Source: Takakia lepidozioides (lineage: Eukaryota > Plantae > Bryophyta). Taken from it: a DNA stretch of 64,000 nucleotides. Made by a program: the position numbers and the translations under genes. The stretch is from contig CM060732.1 in the NCBI GenBank assembly GCA_030704615.1, positions 82,522,001 through 82,586,000 of the forward strand. The letters are read 5' to 3'. Position 1 is the first letter of the stretch, and each line of letters begins with the position of its first letter. Below are positions 12,720-25,775 of the stretch, piece after piece. The notes under the pieces were generated by a model, which saw nothing but the letters and a program-made list of their open reading frames with translations, ran no database searches and had not been told where the DNA came from.

Positions 12720-13402
12720 GCGAGGGAACCCTGTTTGATAATTTTTGATGTTAATGGAGTGTTGTGCACAATAATGAAGTGCCAGAGCACACAAGCCCTG
12801 CTCCACGTTTTTCGGAATCTGATTACAGAATTCCTGCTATTGTTGGGTATCGGCAAATCTTTAGACGGGAGATGTAACGGAAAGTTTGGCAAGAGTTACA
12901 CAAGCACTTCATTTTAGGTATCTGGAGCTACATGATGCTTAAAAACTTAAATGTCGTTCTGGATTTGCGCCTACGTGGTCTTCCATGGCCAGCATTCATC
13001 ATGTCGCAGGAAGATTGTATCATTTGCCCAAGCAATCTGCACCCAAATTACCAACCGGGACAAGAACAACCTCCTGTGTTCTTGAAACCACTTCTTAAAA
13101 TATGACAGAGTTCTGAAGGTTATTACAATCAGAGTAACACTCTGCTGATTGGTGATATGGCTTTGAAGTGCTTGCTGAACCCTCCTGAATCTTGTCTTCT
13201 TCTCAAGTCTTTTGAGAACATTGACGTCGACGATTTCTTCCTTCGCAAACTTAGAGATTTTTTGCTTGGCTTCTTGAAATTTGAGAACGTTTCGAGCTTC
13301 TTGAAAGCAAGGAGAATAGGTTTTCCACCTTTCAAAGTTAACGATCCACAGTTCAGGCCTCTTCTTGACTATATTGACAATTCACAATATCGTGATTTCT
13401 GA
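12720..13402 (+). pseudogene. FCP1/NIF-like HAD phosphatase domain remnant (copy 2)
   Basis: LIIFDVNGVLC (HAD motif-I-like), FILGIWS, VFLKPLLKI* (TGA where Trp expected), SNTLLIGDMALKCLLNPP, DDFFLRKL. Confidence 0.75.
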
Positions 13403-15979
13403 GTAAATGATAAGTAAATATTCGCGACCTACTGTGGACACAGTTTACTACTTGAGACCATGGAATTTCAGTTTTCTTCTGATATTCTTCTGCATTGCAT
13501 GGAAATTGTTATATTGCCAATCCATATGCAACGGTTAAATGATTCATTGTTCCTTTATGTCCGTTGATTTCTTTTCGGAACCACGCGTGATCACGCGTTC
13601 TTTCAACTCAAATTTATTACTTTGTTGACATATATTTTATTTGCAGGTATGCCCATAACAATATGTTCTCCACGCCACAAATGCATCTCCAATTGGCGAA
13701 ACATGTTCGTCTGATATTGTTGACGATGTAGAAATGACCAGGCCAGAAGCTTTCCAAGGACTTGACAACTTGTTGTCTAATTAGGCATCCATTGCTGTTA
13801 TGGAGAGTGATCCCATCAGTGTTTCGGATGTTGTTTCAAGGCTCAAAATGTCAAAAGGTGAATCCACCGTTAGCAGGGTCGATGATTTTACTGGGGTTGG
13901 CTGCATAGTGGAAAAGGATTCTCAAGATCTTGGGGAATCCTCTTTGGAGCCGTGCTTATCCCAACACTTTCCACCAGACGCCGTCAAGGCATCTACATGA
14001 GTCTACGGAACAACATGTTTCATTGGTTGCTACCGTCGTTGAACTGCCTCCTCATCATGTCGTAATTCCAAGCGGGTCACCGGATCACGAGGGCTGGACA
14101 CCTCAATTGCTGAGAAGTCATGTGATTTAATTCTATTTCATCCATGCATTTTATTGTTACCGTGTTTGTATTCATCCTCTTATTTTCTTTCTTTACTCCA
14201 GGCCGGGAAAGCTGCAACGTATGACCTTCCTGTGAAGCGGCAACTTCTGTGGGGTTGTATTCCAAGGTAATCCATTTTTTCCGTTTGAATTCGGTTCAGG
14301 ATGTGCAGAAAGAAAGAAACCGAATTCCATTGTCAACTGTCAGCGAGAAGGTTATTGAACTCACTCATTCGCCGACTGAGGTCAGCACACCGACAAGACC
14401 GGCAAATATTTCTGCACATCCCCAACCCCCCAGAATTCCGGATGGTCCTGTGTCAAGGAAACGTCACAGATCACAACAGTTAGCGGCGGTCGTGTCCAAC
14501 GATGAAAGAACAACATCTGACGTTCTGTTATCCCTTCAACATTCACCTACCTCCAGTGGTAACCCGCCTCAGAATTGAAGGGTAAATCTAGCAAATGTAA
14601 TAAGTATCTCCTTCACTTAGTCTTCTGTTTTATTGTTTTTAACTTCCTAGTAATCATTACATATATCATTTACATTGTTGACACAACTTGACACAAAGGA
14701 ACCTCACTCGCGGTTACGAATATGACTAAGGCATAAGGTGCTCCAATCATCCATCAGGCCGCGGATCATGAAGCGAGTTATCACCCGAAACCCGTTTTTT
14801 TAATTTATTTTTTAATGTAAGGGAAACACCTGGGAGCGACAGCTCATAAATCAGGCCCCTTAATAGTGAGAGGAGAAAAAAACCTCTTTCACAGTAACCC
14901 CGCCATGTGGCGTTCGAATGGGACACCACCCAGGAACATACCACACCCGTCAGTAGCAAGATTTGACCCCATAATCATATGGGTGGCACTCAGTGCACTT
15001 CACCAACCGAGCTACTGACTGTTGGTATCTCATACAACTCTTACTAAACATCGAGTGAACAGTGGAACTTGCTTTATGAGCCAAATAGAAATTGTTTTTT
15101 CTCTTGAAGTTTATACATAATGTTTCTTTATTGCTCATATTATATATTAATAGACAAACAATTATTTACATCTTTACATTTATATTTAAAATGATCCATT
15201 TAAATTCATTTAAATGATTTTAAAAATACATATTAAGATATTTCTCCTTATTTCTAGACCAAACTGTAGTCCAGATTTACTTAAAATTGTGTTTCAACAC
15301 CAAAATACTGATAAGCACCAATCGTGGTTCACATGAAACCCATTGTGTAAGAAACCTTATAACCTATCCACACAGGCCTTAAAAGTAACACATCAGTCAC
15401 GTTATCCCTAATCCGTCGACCCAGGTGGCAAACCAAAACGGATCAGTTCACTCTAGTTAGCCTGGCACATTGCGGAAATCCAACTATGGATCTGTCACCA
15501 ATGTAAATCCTGGTAGTGGATTTCAAGCATACCTCGGGGGCAGTTCATAGATGTATTTACCTATAAGATTATTGAATCTCAGGATATCACCACTAGATAT
15601 CAAGCTTCAATCCATTTTAAGCTCAACAGTTTATCTTGACACAGAACTGTGCCTTCAAAAAAATGGCTCCAGCTTTGACGTATGTCTTTGTTCATGCTAC
15701 TCGCTTAAGACTTCCACCAGGTTGTAACTAGGAGCTGGTTTCTTCAAGTTGAAGTCCTCTTCCTCCAAGTGAACCAACTTTTCCCAGTCACCATACAAGG
15801 CCCAGACCTCTTATTTTCTAGGGCAAATCATCATGTACTTACTGCACAGAGGAGTCATATATTAGAGCTAGGGAAAATGTAATTCACCACGTGCCATCGA
15901 AATTAATATACTTAATCTCATGACCTATTTGAAATGAAATACATCAAATCTGATGGGACGAAATAATAATACAATAAAT

Positions 15980-18950
15980 ACCTTCAGACTCTTTTTTGCG
16001 CGACCACTCTGATATCATCACCAGGCCACCTTTGTGTATTTTCTCTAATTACACACATACCTGTCAGTTCATGCTCTAAGGATACGTGCACAACATATGG
16101 ACTAGTGGACAGTGGCATAATAGTCTCCTTGAAAAAGACTTGCCTCATATCTCGAAACTCGTGGATGAAGAATTGTGTCACTTTCGCTTTCCACGTCCAA
16201 GAATGGCCCCCAATTGGCACATCTGGTTCGATTACTACACATTCCCCTACTCTGTACACCTGCCCATGCAACAACAAGCAAGAGAAAACTTGCATTGATG
16301 TACTGAAAAATGGCAAAAGGTCATCATTGAAGTCATGGAGACTCCAATACCTTTGCAAATACAACTTGTAGTATTTGGAATTGCGGTGTCCACGCCCTTT
16401 TTGTGACCGACAACGATGCCCTTCTTCCTGATAAGATCCTTGCAAAAACACGGCCGTATTGTGGGTATAAGCTTCCAAATGGCTCATGCAACATCTTGAG
16501 AAAGTACAAGAATGACACAAAACTCGTGCCACTGCTCATAAACTGCGATTGAGCTCAATAGTTGAATGCGTTGCGCATTACTCGGTGTGTGAAGATACTT
16601 GTGAATTTTGACTTCCCTACATATAAGATATAATCCATCACCATCTACTTGCACATATTGTTGTGAACCAATGTCGTGAAAAAATACTCACTAATTATGA
16701 CTTCACTGTTGAATTGATTTGATGGAATATTCACAACATTGGATACCTCCCTTTGGAATGGGTAGCACTAGAAAACATCATGACACCCGTGCCTTATCAC
16801 ATCATCTAAGATCTCTCCATTCCCTGCACAAAGATCTCACAATTTAAAAGTACTTACAAAAATTATAAATTACAACATAATTTATAAAAATTATGACAAA
16901 GACTACAAATATACAAAACAGAGTACTTAAAAAGATGATGTACTACCTGCAATGTGTTCAAGTGGAGAAGAGTTATAACCAGTACTCTCCTCCATTCTGA
17001 TATGTCATGCTACTAGGAGTTGTCTTGCATTTTGCATTCCTTTCGGTGTCCATCCATATTTTCTACTATGGCTGGAGAAAAGAAGTCCGATTTCTATTAA
17101 AAGCATCCATGTTGCTCGTAGAATAGACTCCGAAGCAATATTCAGGTGATCAAGAATATGCGGCAAACACCACATAATCCAAATATGTGGTTCTTCGGTG
17201 TTGTAATCACCCAAAGAAGATAAGTTCCGAGGCTATCTTGCCCCAAGTCCGACAGGTCAAAACTTCTTCACAGCTTGCATTGCTAGGTCAATGTCCTTAG
17301 TCTTTCCATTTTGTTCAGCATTCTTTACAAGCATATGCACAATATTTTTTAGAAATGACAATATTTGTTTGTTTTGTGAATTAGGTTCTCAAGTTGGGGC
17401 GCGTTGGACGTCACATCCTCATCATGTGGATTGGGGGCTCAGGCACGTAAAGAGGGAAAGAGGTTGGTTGCAGGCTGTCAAGTTAAGAGGTTTATGCATA
17501 TTTCAGGGATTGGTCAAAGATGAGGAAGAGCATTTTAGCCTTTGAATACATATCGATTGGCCCCTTGCTAGCAAGCTTGTGTAAAAGCAGATACATCTGT
17601 CATAAGTTGTTGACAACCTGGAGAAACAAAGATAGGTGGTTAGGAAAAGACCCTTATGTGTTGCCTAACAAGATTGAGGAACACTTTGATGGGAGTAAAT
17701 TTCAGGAACTTCAAGCATTTTGGGACCTTGAAACGGAGTCAAATGTTGTCTGCCCCAACACAAGATGTTCATGTGTATTCAGAGCTTTTCCTACAAAGTG
17801 TCACGAATTGCTTCATTCTTGGGATATCGAGACCCAACATTATTCCTTCGCCTGTACCAAATGCTCCACTCGAATTCATGCTTCAAGGCATGTGGGAAAC
17901 GTAAGCATTCCATGGCTCCTTTTGGCTTATATGTTGACATTCAGTTTCAGACCTTCAAGTCAAGTCTACTAGTCCATTTGATAGGCGGGACATCGTAAAG
18001 AATGCAAGTTAGATGTACATTGATATTCTAAAGCATGTTCAAATTTCGTTATATTGATAAACCTTACTTTTGTATTCAGGGTGATCCAAGAAATTTTGTT
18101 TGAATGCTGGAAAATTACACCTTATCGGCTCGATCCTAGTGTTGTTTATTCCTGTAAGCTCCAATAAGTTGATCAAACAAACAGATTGTAGCATGTTGAC
18201 TGCATTTTTGCAACCACTGGTGATGGACCTGGAAGTTGCATTTGTCAAAGGATTTTCAGTAGCCTATACACACCCTGTAGATGCCATCACTCCCTGTCAT
18301 CTCCATCACTGAACAAATCATCTTACGTGCCATTGTGACTATATGGACCGGAGATCACCCAGCACAGTTAAAGGTGGGTGGGTATTCATGTTGTAGTCAC
18401 ATAGTTGCATCGAGATGGCGAGGTATACAAACCTATAACAATGGTTTAGAATAATATCATGTGATAATAGGAAACAATGTAGGTACCCCTGCCACACGGA
18501 TTGTGGAGAGCACTGCGATGGCTTTGGCTAATTGGCGTCAATAACCAGATGGGAGAGAGAAAGATGCATTGGGACGTGAGGCAGATATCTCTGGTCATTC
18601 GAGTTTGTGGCGATTACATGACCTTTATGGTTTTGATATTCTCCGAGATCTTGTTTATATTGATGTTATGCACATCCTGGTCTATGGACATAGGACTTAC
18701 ATAACAAATGTAGGCTGCTGAAACAACTTGAGTCGGTTGTTCAGATTCTTACCAAATATCCCAGATGTGTGAGTATGACTGCAATTTTTGAAATCTTTGT
18801 ACCCGCTTCTCTCGGCTCCACATGAGCCATAAAAACTATCTCCCATGAATTGCTATAGTTGGTGCAGAATGCAGACGACATTTCTTTGGTTAGTCTAATT
18901 TTGATCATCATCGTTGTTATCTTCTTTCTCCTCCAGATGACGAACAAAGT
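15980..18950 (-). mobile_element. Decayed CMC/CACTA-type transposase gene, with segment 17350-18684 inverted
   Basis: Inverted (+) part: FEYISIGPLLASLCKS...HFDGSKFQELQAFWD, LTAFLQPLVMDLE, LRAIVTIWTGDHPAQLKVG, DLVYIDVMHIL (DxPA and DxMH motifs). (-) part continues KKY.VHMLVK...WCLPHILDH...SSPLEH and ends in a BAH-like segment VYRVGECVVIEPD..WKAKVTQFF. Confidence 0.75.
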
Positions 18951-19559
18951 TGTCTCTTTGCATACTTGCTACAGCAAAAAGACAGAACTCAGAACTTAAC
19001 ATTTTCCTAACTGACTGACAAACAAACAAACAAGTTTATCTTGTGGTCCCTCTCACTCTCTCTTACTTCACTCTATCAAGTATTCATGAAAGACACCCAA
19101 ACTAGTTGATAAAGCCAAGATTCGCATTCAGCAATAGTAGTAGAGTGGCATAGAGCAGAATCTACAGGCTAAGCAACAAGCCAACCTCATGCTTTAATCT
19201 CATACAATATGCCTCTGCACATATATCAATGCCCTATGGACATCCTTGTAAAAGATTTTTGTTAGCAATAATTATTATGAATCAAAAGGGATAACTCTTG
19301 AACATTTTCCGTGACATGCATGAATCAAATTTCCACTTACTTCCCTTGATAGATGTCTCCAAAGAGAATAGCCAAAGGAAATAAGGATTAAATTTCCACT
19401 TATTTTTCAGTAAGCTGTCTCCAAAAAGGAATAATCCAAAAGAATAACTTAGGGAAAAAAATCTCCTTTTATACATGGTTTTGAAAAGGGGATCGACACA
19501 TATTTTCTCTTGTGCAAAAGATGAAAACATCGGAAGCTCCTTATGCGGACTAATAAAAG

Positions 19560-19995
19560 GCTCATCAGTTTGTGAGAGTTGTTTGCGAGGCAAACAACAC
19601 CGTCGGAGGTTTCCAATACATAGAAGAACGACAGTTAAAGACCTCTTGGAGCTTGTCCATTCAGATGTGTGTGGTCCAATTCAAACCCGTCGAGAGGTGG
19701 GGCCAAGTACTTTCACCAATGATTACAGTAAAAAAATTGTGGTCAATTTCGTTAAGTGGAAGAGTGAAGTACTTTCCTGCTTTATGGACTATATAAGACT
19801 ATGGTAGAACACCAGATAAGAAAGTTATTGAAGGTCTTGCGGAGTGACAACGGTGGGAAGTATATCTCAAACGCTTTCAACCAATTCTGTTCATGGAATT
19901 ACCATGCAACTTTCAAGAGCCATATATACCTGGACAAAATGGCATAACTAAGGGAAATTATCGAACTATGGTGGAAAGTGCACTAAGCATGTCTG
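19560..19995 (+). mobile_element. Ty1/Copia GAG-pre-integrase/integrase fragment
   Basis: VCESCLRGKQHRRRFP...LLELVHSDVCGP, then LKVLRSDNGGKYISNAF and PGQNG..RTMVESALSM in shifted frames. Confidence 0.9.
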
Positions 19996-20634
19996 CATTG
20001 GTGTTTTGATAAGGCCATATACAAAACGACCATATCTTCGCAAGTACAAAAACTAACTCAAGTTCATAATTTTTAACTTATAACAAAATAAAATGATGTC
20101 TCATATCAATATGTTTGGTATATGCATGATAAATTGGATTTTTTGCAAATGTGTACTACTGTTGGGCAGGTACATGGGTTTTAACTTGCCCTCCGGGTCT
20201 GGATAAGTTGGCCTCTTGAAATTCAATCTGGATCCGGGCCGATTAACAGAAAAAAAAAATCAACTGATCCTCGAGTCCGGGTAAAATGCATTATGATTTA
20301 TTTCTTGGTTATAATAAATACATAACAATGTCAAGATTTATCCTAAGGGCATGGATAAAATCAAGTCATAGTTTAATTGAACAAGCGGCTAGTCGCGTAA
20401 TGGCTCCACCCTAATTACAAAACTGAAATGCTTGTACCGGTGGTCTTGATTTTCTTGAAATCAAAATAATTATTTAAAACATAAAATTGGAACCTTCAGC
20501 ACTGACACTAATCCCTGAGGATAATAATTAACAAATAAATGTGAAATTTAGATTCAAAGTATTCTATGTTTTCACCTCGATAGAAAATAATAATAAATTA
20601 AATGCAAGAAACAAATGCGAAAAGATAAAATTGA

Positions 20635-20835
20635 ATGTGGAATTGGAGGGATAAATCTAAAGAGAACTGAATACAATATAATTCAATGTGGTAAAACTGA
20701 AAGGAATAGCATATAATGGAAGTCATTCTGATAAAACTGAGAGAAAATGAATATAATAGAACTGAAGGGATAGTTCTGAAGGGAACTTAATATAGAATTG
20801 AAGGGATAAATCTAAAAGGAACTGAATATATTGAA
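20635..20835. repeat. Degenerate AT-rich short tandem repeats (AACTGAA / GGGATAAATCTAAA)
   Basis: GAATTG(G/A)AGGGATAAATCTAAA..GAACTGAATA occurs at ~20640 and ~20795 with several AACTGA motifs between. Confidence 0.7.
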
Positions 20836-21039
20836 ATTACAGCACTCGCCAAGTTATGAATGAATGGGTCACAATAGAGGGATGAGAATCTAGAGTATAT
20901 TGAAAATGGCTATTTATTGGGGAAGGTAGGATCTTGAAAGGTAGGTATTAACTGGGGAAGGGACATCAAGAGAAAACATTCCAGCGTGGTCTCTCCGTAG
21001 GGACGAGCCAATAAAATACATGATTAGATTCAAACATTG

Positions 21040-21480
21040 GTGGCACCATTAGATTTGACAATGGAATGGAAATATGAGCACCCACACAATCAAGCATTCC
21101 ATACACATCATTGAATGACTTGTGGCATGACAACATCCGCAGTCCTTTGCAAGTGATGTCCCAAAGTAAGATTGATACCTGTAATAACTTGACGTCCGGC
21201 TCTATACAGTGTGTTTTTTCCAATTCCAAAAACTCACTTGACTTGATCAAATGTAATTTTTTGCTAATTTAAAAAGAGTAACAATTACTTGCATATTGAT
21301 TATCACTGGTGCTTTGAAATGTGTATATTGCTTTGTTAGATGAGGAGACGATTTCTCGCACTACGACTCAAACAAGGTCCTTGACATTTGAAACAAGAAA
21401 TCCATAGGTCTATCTTCTTCATAACCTTCCATTATAAACTTGCCATGATATAAAGCTCTATCCCTTCGCTTCACCCGCCA
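21040..21480 (-). mobile_element. PIF/Harbinger transposase remnant
   Basis: LFQMSRTLFES*CEKSSPHLTKQYTHFKAP..VIVTLFKLA resembles the Harbinger FRMSxxTFxxLCxxLxPxL helix; FNDVYGMLDC..HISIP resembles the first catalytic GAIDGTHI motif. Confidence 0.6.
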
Positions 21481-21561
21481 TGACCCATCATTCTTTGTAG
21501 AAACCAAAGTAATGAGAGTGCATGCTCTTGACATCGTACCCAAAGAAGGTTGAACAACCCT

Positions 21562-21987
21562 CAACAAGCCTCGCAGGGCAATTGGCTCTCTTGCTTTGCT
21601 TTGGCACAACATAAGAGGAAGGTAAAACTAGGGAGCATGACTCAGCACAACACACCAATCAACGCCTTGACACGGTGTAAGGTACTTTGACCACATTTTC
21701 TCCATTGACTTGCATGTCTCCGCAGAGTCTCTTTCTAGAGCCAACAAAGCTTTGTACCAAGGAACATCATTAGTGTCTTAATCATTAAGCAAAATTTGTT
21801 GGTTCTCTTGTAAAGAGAGACTTTGCGGAGACCTGCAAGTCAATGGAGAAAATATGGTCAAAGTACCTTACACTGTGTCAAGGCGCCGATTGGTGTGTTG
21901 TGCTGAGTCATGCTCCCTAGTCTTACCTTCCTCTTTTATGTTGTGCCAAAGCAAAGCAAGAGAGCCATTTGCCATTTGAGGCTTGTT
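21562..21987. repeat. Long hairpin (~190-bp arms, ~45-nt loop)
   Basis: 21581-21750 (GGCTCTCTTGCTTTGCTTTGGCACAACATAA...CTAGGGAGCATGACTCAGCACAACACACCAATC...) is the near-perfect reverse complement of 21795-21968. Confidence 0.95.
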
Positions 21988-22869
21988 TCAGAAGAGCAAA
22001 GTCTGTAAATCCAAACCTGGCATCGACATCATCAACTCTTGAATGATGTACATAAACTAGACAATCAACTTTTAGCCGAGTGGTAAGGGGCACATACCAG
22101 TGTTGGGCGGAAGAATGAGGCGGACAGGGTTTGAACTCGGGTATGTCTAGGCATGACATGCGGGCCCGCCACCTGCTGATGACCTTCCCAACTTACCCAA
22201 GACCTGACTAGGCGGGTATGGGTTTCCACATGGGTCCGCCAAAAGACCTCCACAGGCGGGTTAGAGGTTTGTGGAGCCTGGTCCGGGCTGATGATGGTAA
22301 AATTTCTTACTAAGTGAAATTAAAAGCTTACTATGCATAGGGAAGGAATGGGAAAAAGTGCGATTGGGGAAGTGGGCCCTAATCAGTAGGGATGCCTATT
22401 GACAGAATATTGAGATTTAGGAAACTTGGCATTTGAGTAGTTTGATTCGCATGTGTACTTATTGTTTAAACTTGGAACTTCAAACTAAATTTTGATTGAT
22501 TAATTTAGATCGGAGTTTTCTCTTTTTTCTTTTTTTGAAAACAGGAGACAGAGGCCCGATGAGAACTTTATTTAGGATTATTTGGGGAAGGATTGTTTTC
22601 CATCTTAAAATTAAGTTCATAATTATTTAATTATTATATGTAAATATCATGACCTACCCTTATACATGACCGATGGGATTTTATATTTCCAAGACCTTTG
22701 TATCCATGTTTGGCAAAGGAAAAACAAAACCTTTGATTATGCATGTCTGCCGAACTACCAAAAGCTTGATTTCCTTAGAAGCCCGTGCCCGGCGGGCTTT
22801 TAATCTGTTTACATAAAGACAAGTCCGGACCGTAGGTCATGTCCCCAGTGACATACCCGCCCAACACTG

Positions 22870-22975
22870 ACACATACCACCTCGAAAGTGGTTGTGGGTT
22901 CAATCAACCATTAAAGGTGTTCACCTGCATGCTGGAAGGCAGTAGCCCTTCAGGGTCAAGAGACACCATAATTTA
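22870..22975 (+). mobile_element. SINE-like repeat, partial copy
   Basis: CACATACCA..GTGGTTGTGGGTTCAA..AAGGTGT..GCTGGAAGG.AGTAGCCCTT..GACACCATAA shared with 37470-37610 and 37705-37835. Confidence 0.7.
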
Positions 22976-23484
22976 GGGCCTTAAGGGCATATAGGAGTTA
23001 AGTCATGGCCTTCACATACCAACCATACCTTATTTTCGTTCTCTCCACCTCGCCGCCATTAGATCCCTCACCACAAACATCATCAACAAACGTAAGATAA
23101 GAAACGGATAAGTTGTTGCTTTGTAGGCATGACCCCATATATAATTATATATATACACATGTAGAGCCCACCCTAGAAAAAACAATCAATCTATGAAGCA
23201 AGACGTTGTCACGTTGAGATGTCCCAAACCGCGAGGCCCCAGCGCTGGTCCTTGGTTGGAAAGCCCTCGACAAGGAGGGGTGCACGGGTTTGGTCTCATG
23301 TTTTTTGGACCTGCGGTGTGGGAGATACGGAATTCCAAATACTTTTGGTCGCTGGAAATTCACAAAAAATAGCAAAAATGGCAAAGTGGGCATTCCTTGG
23401 ACAATGGTTGGAACCTCGACGGGAGAGATATCAAGGGGAAGGTCTCCGGTTCAAATCTGGTCGTAGGCTCTGTGGGAAAAAACT

Positions 23485-24010
23485 TACTTAGATGACATTG
23501 GACACTTGGGCCAACGACAAAGGCTACCCTAGGGCCTAGAGGTTGCACTTGACATAGGAGACGCACTTGGATACATAGGTAATTGCACTAGGTACATAGG
23601 AGATTGGACTTGGGCTTAGATGACAGTGGACAATTGGAGCTCTACATGGGAGATGCACTTGGATACATGAATAGAAGATTGCACTTGGGCTTAGATGGAC
23701 CTCAACATAGGAGATGCACTTAGATACATAGGAAATTACACTTTCTTAGATTTCAATTCTTCACATATGGGCCAAACGACATAGGCTACACTAGAGGTTG
23801 CACTTGGGCCTCGACATAGGAGACGCACTGGGATACATAGAAGATCTTACACTTGGGCTTAGATGACAGTGGACACTTGGGCCAACAGCACAGGCTACCC
23901 TAGAGGTCGCATTTGGGCCTCGACATAGGAGACGCACTTGGATACATAGGGGCTTGTACTTGGACTTAGATGACACTTGACACTTGGGCCAATGGCAGAG
24001 GCTAGCCTAG
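23485..24010. repeat. Degenerate ~120-bp tandem repeat (about 4 units)
   Basis: Recurrent ACTTGGGCTTAGATGACAGTGGACACTTGGGCCAAC...GGCTACCCTAGAGGT...GACATAGGAGACGCACTTGGATACATAG blocks. Confidence 0.85.
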
Positions 24011-25775
24011 TATCCACAGTGAAGAGGCTCTTATTTACACATCAAATGACTCTGTGTTAGTAATGTGGCAAATGAAGCAACTCAAAATGGAATGCGGAAA
24101 GGTTCCATGCATGCTATTTTAGGAGGGGAAAGCTTGCCGCAACGGTTTGGATACATGGCCAAAATCTCTAAAAGATCCCTTGTAGATCACTACAAAGGAG
24201 GTACCCCTAAGAACTTGCCTATAGGAATTGGTGCACAATGTATGGCCGGTGCATTCTGTATTTCGGAATGCACTCGAGAGGCTGATGGGGTGCATTCCGC
24301 CAAGTGGAATGCACCCGATAAATTCTGCTTTTCAACTTTTCAACGGCATGATAAATACAAATGCATGCAATTCACGTAAGCCCTGCCCACTAGTAATTAT
24401 GAATAGATAGTAAAAATCTAGAAGATCACACAATATTTATTAATAAATATCGCGATAACAGGATTTCAGCCCTAAATCACCGGGGTGGCACACAGGGTAA
24501 TATCCTCATTTATGGCATGCACAAGAAGTTGAACTCCAGACCTAAAGGCCAAACAAACTGGTTGTGACCATGCAACTGTTCATCCGGGGGATGTCATTCA
24601 TTAGAAATATGGACAGAATATTCTGGTGGCAACTGTCTTGATCAAATTGGAAGCCTAATCAAAAGTATCGGTGCTAAAGTAGCCTAAAGCAGCTTGAACC
24701 CTTTGCGTAGTTTTGCCTTAGGAAAGGCAGGGCCAATAAATACAAACAAAATTTCTTGGCAGCTCTTTGCGTAATGAAATAGGTTCTGAGTGAATTTTAG
24801 GCAATTGGATGAGCCATTTAGGAAATGCAATAAGGGTTGCGAAGTTTTAGGCCCTAATACAAAGTTCGCTTCCAAGTTGGAGCCCATAAAAGATTTATGT
24901 TAGGGAATCCGGGCCATGCGGTGAAATAGTGCTCCGGTGTGGGAGTCTAATTTAGGGCAAAGTACCTATTGTCTCCCTCATCCAATAGGCCCCATGGCTA
25001 CCTACATGCACACAGACAACGGTTCCTGCTTAATATAGATCTGAAACTGTACAAAGATATGCCTAAGAAGGTGGCTCTGGGCTATGTACTCCACATCATG
25101 AGCATGTACCTACAATGCCTTCCAAGAGATCTCATCATGTCCACCAAACAACTACCATGTACCCTGTGCTCATGTTCCCACACGTGCGGCCGGGAAGGTC
25201 TTGAGAGATGAGCTGCGGGTAAGCAAGGCGAGCTTGATGACCTCCGACCTTGCATATCTTGCAGACCTTGCTCTGGATTGCACTGGAGTGCAAATGGTTT
25301 TTAGGTTAGATCATGCCTCTTAGGGCCTCCCATTGCGCAATGTGTTGCCCGGTACCAGCGTTTCTTTCTTGTTTTCCGTCGACAGGTTCGGGAACAGATC
25401 GGAAATATGCCCTATGATGCCAGAATGCCACTGCGTCTGGTACCCGGGGGTAAGGCGGCCTGGATCGTGGACGTCCCTGTTTATAGTGCTGGAGAGATGA
25501 GCGCCTCTCTCAGGATCCATCGAAGGTGAAGCGTTGGAGTCTCGAATTCTTTCTTACTGGTTCTGAAGCCAGTGCGGTAATTCTATGGACAGAGTTGCTT
25601 ATTAAAATCTCCCTTGCGTGTCGCGTAGACATCTTGATCTCCGCCGAGCGCATCAGCTAAACTAGCTCTGATCTGCAGGTGTCTAGAAATATCATTTTAT
25701 TCAACTCTTCAAAGTGTGGTCTCGGGGAGGGTATAGAAGAATAGTGAGAGTTTCAATCACAGGGGCGAGTCAAGT

